DNA from: Macrostomum lignano
Taxonomy: Eukaryota
Direction: 5' to 3'
Length of the DNA: 64,000 nt
NCBI GenBank assembly: GCA_002269645.1
Contig: NIVC01001095.1
Location: forward strand, 186,001-250,000
Every line of letters begins with the position of its first letter. Position 1 is the first letter of the stretch. Below, piece after piece: positions 1 to 11,548 of this stretch. Position numbers and translations under genes: made by a program. Under the pieces are notes generated by a model. It had not been told where the DNA came from. It saw only the letters and a program-made list of their open reading frames with translations, and ran no database searches.

Positions 1-1001
1 CTCCTTTTCTATTCAGATCCCCTCCTTTTCTATTCAGATCCCCCATTTTCTATTCAGATCCCCCATTTTCTATTCAGATCCCCCATTTTCTATTCAGATC
101 CCCCATTTTTCTATTCAGATCTCCTCCTTTTTTATTCAGATCCCCTCCTTTTCTATTCAGATCCCCTCCTTTTCTATTCAGATCCCCTCCTTTTCTATTC
201 AGATCCCCTCCTTTTCTATTCAGATCCCCTCCTTTTCTATTCAGATCCCCTCCTTTTCTATTCAGATCTCCTCCTTTTTTATTCAGATCCCCTCCTTTTC
301 TATTCAGATCTCCTCCTTTTCTATTCAGATCCCCTCCTTTTCTATTCAGATCCCCTCCTTTTCTATTCAGATCCCCTCCTTTTCTATTCAGATCTCCTCC
401 TTTTTTATTCAGATCCCCTCCTTTTCTATTCAGATCTCCTCCTTTTCTATTCAGATCCCCTCCTTTTCTATTCAGATCCCCTCCTTTTCTATTCAGATCC
501 CCTCCTTTTCTATTCAGATCCCCTCTTTTTCTATTCAGATCCCCTCCTTTTCTATTCAGATCCCCCATTTTCTATTCAGATCCCTCCTTTTCTATTCAGA
601 TCCCCCATTTTCTATTCAGATCCCCTCCTTTTCTATTCAGATCCCCTCCTTTTCTATTCAGATCCCTCCTTTTCTATTCAGATCCCCCATTTTCTATTCA
701 GATCCCCTCCTTTTCTATTCAGATCCCCCATTTTCTTTTCAGATCCCCTCCTTTTCTATTCAGATCCCCCATTTTCTATTCAGATTCCCTCGGTTTCTAT
801 TCAGATTCCCTCAGTTTCTATTCAGATCCCCTCAGTTTCTATTCAGATTCCCTCAGTTTCTATTCAGATCCCCTCAGTTTCTATTCAGATTCCCTCAGTT
901 TCTATTCAGATCCCCTCAGTTTCTATTTAGATCCCCTCACTTTCTATTCAGATCCTCTCGGTTTCTATTTAGATCCCCTCACTTTCTATTCAGATCCCCT
1001 C
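1..1001. repeat. 21-bp minisatellite (ctccttttctattcagatccc), runs off the window edge
   Basis: Unit read directly; about 47 copies, drifting to ctcagtttctattcagat(c/t)cc variants near 780-1000. The 74..568 ORF (GGDLNRK)n is a by-product. Confidence 0.97.
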
Positions 1002-2450
1002 ATTCAGCAACAAACTTTGCACTCGAATCAGATAGGGATGAAACTCGACCAGCTGTTCAGCGTAGCGATAAAGAATCCTCAATTGAGACACATTCCTGGA
1101 GTAAATTGGCCAATAAGTCGGCAGCTTTGCCGCCTTTTGATCAGTTAATTGAAGCAGTGAAATACCGTCTTGAATCAGCTTAAAATAGCTGCCATAATTG
1201 GGCAGAATGGTCGCCTTCAAACGCATATCGAGTATCGTTAAAAGTACAGCAACTGACGGCGATTCAGAAACGCTCAGTTGACCGTCGCACGATTCGTTTA
1301 ATTCGGTTGGAGACGGAGCGGCTTCGATCAGCTGATCGAGTCTTGACAAAGTCAGTTGTTGGTTGCAGAGTCTGTAGCGACCCGAGCCTGAGATGGTTGG
1401 GGATTATTTAAAAGGGGAAGTTTGGGAATTACTTACATGCGATAAGTAAGGGAAATTTTTATGCGTTCTTTGGAGGATAATTTGGGTGGGATCTCTCTAA
1501 GGGGATAATTTCGTTGGGATGTCTCTGAGGTAAAAATTTAGGTGGGATCTCTTTGTGGGATCATTTGAGTGGGATCTCTGTGTGGGATCATTTGGATGGG
1601 ATCTCTCTGTGGGATCTCTTTGTGGGGATCATTTGGGTGGATTCCTCTGTGGGATAATTTCGGTGGGATGTCTCGAAGGGGATAATTTAGGTGGGATCTC
1701 TGTGTGGGATCATTTGGATGGGATCTCTCTGTAAGATAACTTGGGTGGGATCTCTGGGTTGGGATAAGTTCGGTGAGATCTCTCTAAGGGGATAGCTTCG
1801 GTGGGATCTCTCCAAAGGGATAATTTGATTGGGATCTCTTTGGGGATATCTCAATGGAATTTCTGACTGGTGATAATTTCGGTGGGATCTCTGTGTGGGG
1901 ATAATTTAGTTGGACTCACTGTAGGGATAATTTTGTTGGGATCTCTGTGTGGGGATAATTTAGTTGAACTCACTGTAGGGATAATTTTGTTGGGATCTCT
2001 GTGGGGATAATTTGGGTGGGATCTTCCTATGGGATTGGTACAATTCTGATTGTACCAATAGCGATAGTTTAAGCTCTTCTTTCATAATTTCGATAGGACA
2101 TTTCGGACTCACAGACATGTTTCCAACTAACTCACGCCTATAGCAGACGAAGTCAACTTGAGCAGTGAAGTTCCCCTGAGGACACCCGCCGGCACCGCAA
2201 AAGTCCTGCAGAGCTAGTCGACAGCCGTTCAGTCCGCTGAGCCTGCCAAAATTGTCGATGTCCTCCTTACGGCAGGTGTCAGCCACCAGAGCCAGGCTTG
2301 GCCTAGAAATGGCAATCCGAGCTTTGCCTTCCGCTTGACAACCGAGCAGGACTTGGCGAATGAGTGGGCTGAAGCCAGGGCGACAGGTCAATGGGATGGC
2401 CTCAGCAAGCATGTGCTGCGCTGAACTGAGTGACAGCCTTTGAACATAGG
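990..2450 (-). CDS. Partial spliced gene of unknown identity (exons 2450-2136 and 1387-~990)
   Basis: ctacAG acceptor at 2451, GTGAGT donor at 2135, ctcAG acceptor at 1388. Both junctions are phase 1 and join in frame (..FVCYRR-SGRYRLCNQQLTLSRLDQL..). Faint resemblance from memory to the SMCR8/DENN-like C-terminus (..RILYRYAEQL); not confirmed. Confidence 0.6.
1475..2035. repeat. Degenerate ~28-30-bp intronic tandem repeat (gggataatttgggtgggatctctctgt-like)
   Basis: Recurrent gggataattt and gggatctct motifs fill the intron between the two exons above. Confidence 0.85.
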
Positions 2451-5031
2451 CTGTAGCTAATGCTGACTGTGATTTTTGACAACTGATGTCTTGCAAGTTG
2501 TTGAATTCAGTTTGTGGAATAGATCCAATTTTCTGATTAATAGACTCTTTTGCTGTAGATGTTGTAAAAGAAAGGCAGATATTTGATTATTCTTATATCT
2601 AATAAAGAAGCTTTTGAATATGAGAGAAATTAAGTTTAAAAACTTACCCAAAACCAAAAGCAGAGTCAATAACAACATTATTCAGCCGAAATCATGTGCA
2701 CCTAGAGTTAAAAGTTAAGTTAATTGAAATATTCTGTTTTTAAATGAATTGATAAAAACATTAAATATTCAGTTTTTCTACAATAAAATATTTTTTTAAG
2801 ACCCTGTGCATTAAGGTGTCCTAGGAATATTACATGGGGATAAATATGTATTTATACATTCGTAAGTGTATATTATGCATTTATATCTATACATATCTAG
2901 AATTAAGTTTCATGTACATGCATTAGAATTGTATTAATACTATGCCTGTATAAACCGCAGGCTTTTACACTTATATAATAAAGCCAGTGGTGCTATTTAA
3001 TTGTCTCGGATTTGATAAAATTTAATAATTTATTAACATTTTCCATTCTTACCTTACCCTCGGAATTCGTAACAATTATAGCCAATTTTATTTGAATCTG
3101 AAGTTTGTCAATAACTTCCTAACTCTGTTCGTTACATGTGCTTGGCTAAAAAATTTAAGCACACGATAATTCAAATACAGCAACAATTTAGCAATTTTAA
3201 TAACAATAAAGAAGGTTACAGCAAATAACAGTATAACTGTTAGCTAAGAAAACTATGTTGCAGTACTGTTGCAAGATCTTTAAGCACGAGCTCAATAAAC
3301 GCGACACGAGCGACACACGTGAGCGATAGCTTTTAAAAATGTTCGTAAATTTTATTTCTGTCAGAAAATATTTTAACAAACGTATCCTATAATATAGAAA
3401 AATAATTTTTACATATGAAGTTTATACTGTTCATTGGTTATGTGTTTATATTTAGCAGGGTAAAGCACATTTTTAATAATTTTATTTGATTTTTAAACGT
3501 CCGGGGAACTGCCTAGCATCTAATTTATGCAATATCTTATATTCATCGACAAAAGCCTGAAAAAGGCGGCTTGATAGTTATCATATAGTATCTCACAGGG
3601 CTTTGAAAACAATCACATTAAAATACTAAATAGTAATTTCAAGTACATTAAGAGCTTAGCGAGAAAAATCCTATCTATGAATTAGAAAATGGAAATTTAC
3701 ATGTATGTCTTGGATGCCATTTTAGTAGTGATGGCAACACAGTTCCTTCTGAAAGTCTGTTTGATTGTACATAACTTATTCTATTAACCCTCACTAAAAA
3801 TCGGGTTTAGACAAATCAATGTAGTAATTAGTAGTCGTAAGATACGCTCGTAAGATCATTATTGTATGCATGCACAGTCCTTACACCAGTATACTAAATA
3901 ATAGGCACTTTTTGTACGTGTATATGTACATGCAAATGGCATCACGAAGTATGTGATTTTATTTGCATATCCAATACGAGAAAAAGCATTTAATTAATTT
4001 TCGAAAAATGTACATGCATGTACACAACACAATATAATCTAATCTTTACTTGTACATATATCTACATTGATTGTATACTGTATGAACATTCCAGTAGCTT
4101 ACAACGTAAATGACGATATCCACACCAACGTGAATCAATGGAAACATCAACTTTTAACTTTATATTTTGCATTAACAATTAACTTCTCAGACTGATTACA
4201 TACTACGACTATTACAAATACTTATTTATATAAGTAAAAATGAACGTGAATTGAACGAGTGTGGATAAAATTTAAAAGCTATTTGAAGCAATCATTTGTT
4301 ATTATCCTAAAACAATTAATATAAGCAGCTTCGAACGGAGAATTAGTTTGCATCCATATAGGGTCATTCTTCAGAGAGGGAGTAACTCAGCGTCCTTGTA
4401 ATTTAAAATCCAGCAGCTTTTTCGAATTGCATCAAATATAATATAGATGCTGTGTACTTTTAAATAATACACAACTAAAAGAAACATTATAACGCAATTT
4501 TGTGTAGCTTCACAAGGCGACAAGAGAAAAATGAGTTAAATTATTATTAATAATGCTGCATGAAACAAAGAGTTCTAGAAATCAAACATGAGTATGGCTG
4601 ACTAGTGTCATTCCCGGCTTAATTAAAGATATGTTAACATAATTCAGCAAAGTAACTTAACTCAAAATTCAAAACATTTTATTAAACTCAAATAGCAGAC
4701 CATCGAACAAATTATATAGTTAATACTATTAACATTATAGGAGTATTGTCAAGCAGTTCTCTAGAACAGCCAATTTTCAATTTAAAATAATTGTTACTTA
4801 AGTTCATATGGTACTTTATATGCCCAGCACCAGAAAAACTAATTGTATTGCTTAGCAGAATAATACATGTTCAGCAGATTCCACTCTTGAACTATGTACT
4901 TGGAAGATTTCCAACTGTTTCTGTAAATTCCATTGAAAGAGCCACAGATTTGCACAGCTAAGGCAAGCTGCTAAGATCCCGCAAAAACAGACTGCAATGG
5001 TTCCATTAGAATGACTCCAAATCCCGGTAAA

Positions 5032-8000
5032 TTACAGAATGACGTCACGCAGCACCTCGTCGCTGTAGCGCCGGTCAGCCAGTTGGCAGGTGCACTTGGC
5101 GTTGGCCTCGCGAAGCTGATGGTCACCGTGCGGGCACAGCACTCTCACTGGCATCAGAGCTTTCTGCTCCTCAGTCAGGTCGTCCTCTTCGTACAGAAAC
5201 GCTTCGGCCCGTCTGACAAGCTCAAAAACGTGCCGATCCTTGTCCTGACCGTTGGGCACCTCTTCGAGCATGAAGACCGCCACCTTTTTCACGTATTCGA
5301 TGTTTCTGCCGCAGAAGCCCTCCGCTCGGGCGATTTGATAGGCCTTGATTGGATTAGGATAAAGATGGCAAATTGGAAACAAGTGAGAAGGCAGAGGGAG
5401 ATGGATGTATAATGAAGGGGAGACCCGATGCAAACGGTACCTAGGCCAAACAGCGTCGCCTCAGAGTGGTTGCAGGTAACACAGGTAAAATAGGAAAGAA
5501 GTGACTCTAGACGACTCTACAACGACGAGATGTCACGGTACAAGTCGATAAAAAGGTCGTCAAAGAGTCACCTAAAAATCAATTTGAGAGAATCGCACGT
5601 AGCATTTATAACAACTCGATTTTAGTCCACTAATGAGTCAGTAGAAGAGCGCTAAAACGACGACTCTTTTACTATTCTACAACAAGTCACGTGATGCGCT
5701 CGTGACTCGTGACAGTCGCCTCTCCATCGCATTGACGTCGTTTGAGTCGCTAGAGTAGTCACTAGTGAGGTGCTTACAAAGACTCTGTAGCGATTCTTGT
5801 CACGGTAACGTTTTCAACGGGAAAATCAAGGTAGGGACTGGGAGGGGAGGGGATAAAGGCGCAGCACACACCTGTATATCCAGAGGCGCAGAGCCCAGGT
5901 ACTGATCGTTGCCAGGCTCGGCAATGTAGACCTGCACGCTGTAGGCAGCGGCGGCCACGTCCTCGGGCTTGGCCCGCCTGCCCAGATACGGATAGAACTG
6001 CACGCAGTCGAACCGGTAGCCTCCGAGGATCATCTCTCGCTCGGCCAGATGAGCCAGTGCCGACCGGATGTCCGCTAAGCCGCGAAGTTCGTAGGCTACG
6101 CCCCAGACCAGAGGCGATGTGCAGCCCGAGGTGATGGCAATGTTGGACGGGTTTTCCTCGACTGTTCCCGGCTTGGCCTCAATCAGCGTGGCCACTCGGC
6201 CCGGCTGTAATTGTGCCAGCAGCAGTCAAGCTGATTTATTGAAGTTGAAATTTCATTAAGTTCAACCCAAAATCTCCTCAACAATTCGAAGTTTCATCAA
6301 GCTCGAAACTTCATATTGAACTCGAACTTCATCAAGCTCGAAACTTCATATTGAGCTCGAACTTCATCAAGCTCGAAACTTCATATTGAACTCGAACTTC
6401 ATCAAGCTCGAAACTTCATATTGAGCTCGAACTTCATCAAGCTCGAAACTTCATATTGAACTCGAACTTCATCAAGCTCGAAACTTCAGATTAAACTAAA
6501 ACTTCATCAAGCTCGAAACTTCATATTGAATTCGAACTTTATCAAGCTCGAAACTTCATATTGAACTCGAACTTCATCAAGCTCGAAACTTCAGATTAAA
6601 CTAAAACTTCATCAAGCTCGAAACTTCATATTGAATTCGAACTTTATCAAGCTCGAAACTTCATATTGAACTCGAACTTCATCAAGCTCGAAATTTCATC
6701 AAGCTCAAAACTTTATTGAACTTAAACTTCATCAAGCTTGAAACTTCATCAAGCTCGAAATTTCATCAAGCTCAAAACTTTATTGAACTTAAACTTCATC
6801 AAGCTTGAAACTTCATCAAGCTCGAAACTTCATATTGAACTCGAACTTCATCAAGCTCGAAATTTCATCAAGCTCAAAACTTTATTGAACTTAAACTTCA
6901 TCAAGCTTGAAACTTCATCAAGCTCGAAATTTCATCAAGCTCAAAACTTTATTGAACTTAAACTTCATCAAGCTTGAAACTTCATCAAGCTCGAAATTTC
7001 ATCAAGCTCAAAACTTTATTGAACTTAAACTTCATCAAGCTTGAAACTTCATCAAGCTCGAAATTTCATCAAGCTCAAAACTTTATTGAACTTAAACTTC
7101 ATCAAGCTTGAAACTTCATCAAACTCGAAACTTCATATTGAACTCGAACTTCATCAAGCTCGAAATTTCATCAAGCTCAAAACTTTATTGAACTTAAACT
7201 TCATCAAGCTTGAAACTTCATCAAGCTCGAAATTTCATCAAGCTCAAAACTTTATTGAACTTAAACTTCATCAAGCTTGAAACTTCATCAAGCTCGAAAC
7301 TTCAGATTGAACTCGAACTTCATCAAGCTCGAAACTTCATCAAGCTCGAAACTTCATCAAGCTCGAAACTTCATCAAGCTCGAAACTTCATATTGAACTC
7401 AAACTTCATCAAGCTTGAAACTTCATCAAGCTCGAAAATTCATCAAGCTGTAAACTTCATCAAGCTCAAAATTTCATTGAACTCAGAATTTAGATCAAGC
7501 TCAAAGTTTCACTAACCTCGAAAACTTGAGCGAAAACTTTTGAATAAGTGACTATAACAAAAACCTTAAATATTGAAGATAAAAATATCGAGCTTGTATA
7601 GTTGTGATATACTTCGTAATAGGAAACGCTCACATCCAAAAGTTATTAGACTTAAGCTTCAAAATAGCATTTCTTAATCTCTGCATACTACTTACATATA
7701 GTAGTTTTACTTAGTAGCGCTTATAAAAATAAGTCAGCTACGCCATTAAAAAGTCAATCTAGGACCAAAATTCTCTAGATCTGAGCGCACTGGTCTGAAT
7801 TAGAGTTTCTCTGAAAATCGCACTACCCATATAGCTCATTGTTCCCACACCTGTGACAGGTGCTAGAAAAAAAACATCACGACGCACTCGCGTGATTCAA
7901 GATAATCATTAACACTTGAGTCTCGAGATAGAACCAGACTAACAAAGTTACAATTCTATTTTACTAGCTGATTTAACGCTGAGTAAGGCACATAGCCGTG

Positions 8001-9400
8001 CATACGACATGGAGGGTCGTGGATTTTGGAGCTTGAACCCTTCATACAATATGCAATAAACATTGACTTGACTGACTGACAGGCTCCGCATATCCACTTT
8101 ATATTGTATTAATTTGGACCGCACTGATAAGATTGTTCAGGTTGAGTTAAGCCAAAAGCCTATAAGTAAGTATAAATCCAGGGGTCTTACGGAAGCAAAT
8201 AAAAATATTGCATTAACTTAATTAGCAAAGTGGATGCTGGATTACGGCGCTGTGATTAGTTAGCCTGCATGCTGTATGTTTGATTAGCCAAAGTAGTGGG
8301 CACAAAAACAGACTGATTGACTATCTGACGGCCACGAGATTGACTCTAAAAATGACTGATTGCACAGCCACTTTGCTAATTGATAATCCAATAAAAAGGT
8401 AAATATTGATATGGTAACCAATATGCTTTTGTCTCAGATTCTTAGTCATAACTGACACCCCATTTTGGCTCCGATGAGAATCTCAGTCATGACTGACACC
8501 CCATTTTGGCCTTGATGAGAATCTCAGTCATGACTGACACCCCATTTTGGCCTTGATGAGAATCTCAGTCATGACTGACACCCCATTTTGGCCTTGATGA
8601 GAATCTCAGTCATGACTGACACCCCATTTCGGCCTGGATGAGAATCTCAGTCATGACTGACACCCCATTTTGGCCTTGATGAGAATCTCAGTCATGACTG
8701 ACACCCCATTTTGGCCTTGATGAGAATCTCAGTCATGACTGACACCCCATTTCGGCCTGGATGAGAATCTCAGTCATGACTGACACCCCATTTTGGCCTT
8801 GATGAGAATCTCAGTCATGACTGACACCCCATTTTGGCCTTGATGAGAATCTCAGTCATGACTGACACCCCATTTTGGCCTTGATGAGAATCTCAGTCAT
8901 GACTGACACCCCATTTTGGCCTTGATGAGAATCTCAGTCATAACTGACACCCCATTTTGGCGCATTAGTCAGTAGTGACTTGATATACAGCCTAGAAGTA
9001 ACGGAATCCAAGCTACGGACTAAGAGGTCAAATAGAGGTCAATTGCATGTAGGCCTCTATATTAATTAGGGCACGGATTTCGAGTGGGGTGTTCCAGAGG
9101 AGTAACCATTCAGATATGAACGTTCTTGATAATTAATCTTAATTGGCCTACAATATTTAACAACTGAATTTGAAAAATGTCAATAAACATGGCCAAGTAC
9201 AAACTAACCCATTCTGGCGTGCCTCTGTGCGTTGTCGTGCCCTGATAAAACCGCCTCTCGTAGCCTTTGATGTAGCCGACTGTGCGACTTTTAAACGGGA
9301 AGTTCGGCTTCCAAATTAGCGAACCATAGCCGAATATGCGCAGCGAGCCGTCGACGGACACGAGGTCTTGGATGAGCTTCTCTAACTCGATTGGCGGCAT
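5032..9400 (-). CDS. CHAC: ChaC-family glutathione-specific gamma-glutamylcyclotransferase, 3 exons (9400-9209, 6204-5872, 5343-5032), 278 aa
   Basis: Motifs [46 protein letters not shown] and [14 protein letters not shown]. All junctions are GT-AG, phase 0, with an open frame from ATG to stop. Confidence 0.95.
6289..7515. repeat. 17-bp minisatellite (ttcatcaagctcgaaac) with 35- and ~68-bp composite units, in ChaC intron 1
   Basis: Read directly. Confidence 0.95.
8436..8959. repeat. 41-bp tandem array (~12.5 copies) containing the palindrome TCAGTCATGACTGA, in ChaC intron 1
   Basis: Period 41 (8481 to 8522); units are nearly identical. Confidence 0.97.
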
Positions 9401-9823
9401 GATTTTTCCAGTTTAGGTAAATTGACTGTTTAAACCTAGGCTAACTTGATGCGAACAAGACGAACTGAAATGCAAACTAAAAGTTTTCTTCTGCCGACTA
9501 TGGTTGCATAAAAATAAAATGCTTTCAACTTCACATGAACAACCGTAGAAGCGTAGAGCAGAAAGGAAGCAGGCCAATACAACACTATGGATATAGAGCG
9601 TAGTCAAAGCGATGAATAAAAACGCTTCTATTTTATATAGAGAGCGGAATTCCAAATGAATACGGCTCTAGCTTCACAAAGCTTTATTCTAGCCAGCCCG
9701 GGGGTCTAGTCGAATGAACTGACGAAACTGCTTTACAACTGAATGTACATTTAGGAGACTGAGAGGCTTGATGCTAAAAATAGACAGCAGCATTTTCCAC
9801 TATCCCCACTCATTCCTAAAGAC

Positions 9824-9845
9824 GAGCCGCCCGCTGATTGGCTGT
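9824..9845 (-). promoter_or_regulatory. Adjacent CCAAT box and GC box (cagCCAATcagcGGGCGGctc on the minus strand), ~430 bp upstream of the ChaC ATG
   Basis: Motif match only; orientation and position fit a ChaC proximal promoter. Confidence 0.35.
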
Positions 9846-10704
9846 CTTCAAGGTCAAATTTGTGTGGCTCATGAACGCTGGGTGTGCTTGCCAATGTACA
9901 CTACTCTAAATACGCTTAAATGAAACAACTGCCCTGCCGTTTTGCAAACCAAATAGCTAATGCTTCCGCCCTGCTCTCCTGGCTTCCCATTCCTATCCCT
10001 TACCAGTTCCGCCATATATAGCCATAGGAGAAAATCAATTTTAAGCAAACCAAAAACTATATGTCAGCTGTACAGTATAGGCAAAAGGGTTTGCCACATC
10101 CGGTACAGTAGAAGGCTCTTGTACAACAATCGAAGACTAGCAAAATTTGTTTGTTTTAAGTATTCCAAGTTTCAACTTTGTAGTCTGTTTGCAATGTACA
10201 TTTAAGTAATGTGAATAAGGGGATCGAGAATGCGCGCACTGCAAGTTAGTGTAGGAGGATCTGGCACGAGTCGCACGGACTCAATTTACGAAGACGGACA
10301 GACAAATCAGACGACGTCACGACATTATTTCTCTCTAGCGTTCGTTACTAAAAGTACAATATGCGTGGGTAGGGGTAGCAGGCTACGACTACAGCTGTAA
10401 AAGTTTCGCCTCCAGTTTTCCGTAGTTAACTGAAAGGAAAAGTCCTGTTTCACCAGATAGTTAAAATGCTTTGCGCTACTTCAATACTTGAAATAGATTT
10501 TTAATACTTTCGCATATGCAATAATGCGTTGGTCTAAGAGTTTATGTCAACTGCGCAAGGGTCCATCCATAGGAAGGGTCTTTAGAAAGAGGTCAGGGCC
10601 GGTAAAACGGCGTCAGGATCTCAAAATGGGTGTCATGATATCAAAAACGCTTTTAGCGTCGCAAGAAGGGTGTTAGTGTCAGGATTTCAAGAAAGATTTT
10701 AAGG

Positions 10705-11300
10705 TCCTAGAAGGGTGCCAGGATCTCAAGAAGGGTGTCAGGATCTCAAGAAAGGCTTCAGGGTCTCAAAAAGGGTATCAGGGTCTAAAAAAGGGTCTCA
10801 GGGTCTCAGAGACAGAGGATGAGAGCCGAGAGGGATACAGACAGGGTCTCAACAAGGGTATCGGGATCTCAAGAAGGGTGTCAGGGTCCCAAAAAGTGTC
10901 AGGGTCTCAAGAAGGGTGTCATGGTCTCAAGAAGGGTGTCAGGGTCCCAAGAAGGGTGTCAGGGTCTCAAGAAGGGTGTCAGGGTCCCAAAAAGGGTGTC
11001 AGGGTCCCAAGAAGGGTGTCAGGGTCTCAAGAAGGGTGTTAGGGTCCCAAAAAGGGTGTCAGGGTCCCAAGAAGGGTGTCAGGGTCTCAAGAAGGGTGTC
11101 AGGGTCCCAAAAAGGGTGTCAGGGTCCCAAGAAGGGTGTCAGGGTCTCAAGAATGGTGTTAGGGTCCCAAAAAGGGTGTCAGGGTCCCAAGAAGGGTGTC
11201 AGGGTCTCAAGAAGGGTGTTAGGGTCCCAAAAAGGGTGTCAGGGTCTCAAGAAGGGTGTCAGGGTCTCAAGAAGGGTGTTAGGGTCTCGAGAATGGTGTC
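10705..11300. repeat. 20-bp minisatellite (agggtc(t/c)caagaagggtgtc) with a 60-bp higher-order period
   Basis: Read directly; accounts for ORFs 10819..11304 and 10916..11335. Confidence 0.95.
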
Positions 11301-11548
11301 ATAGTGTTAGAGGTGTAATAGTTAGCGACCAATAAAATGAAAGACAAGTTCCAACAAAAGTAGTAAATTGCAAGTAGTAAGTTGATTTCGAAACTAGCAG
11401 TACCCGTGGCATAGCCAAATATATTTCAACTTAAAAAAACTATAAAAAAATGCTATTTCAACAAGCAGGCAAACACATGAAAATTCGAAACCAAAGAGCT
11501 GACAAAGACTTTTCTCTCGATTGTCAAGCAATTCAACTCCACTTAGAA

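Noticed and set aside
5500-5763. Degenerate inverted-repeat element in ChaC intron 2
   Set aside because: Termini (agtgactctagacgactc / gagtcgctagagtagtcact) are only loosely complementary and no TSD was found.
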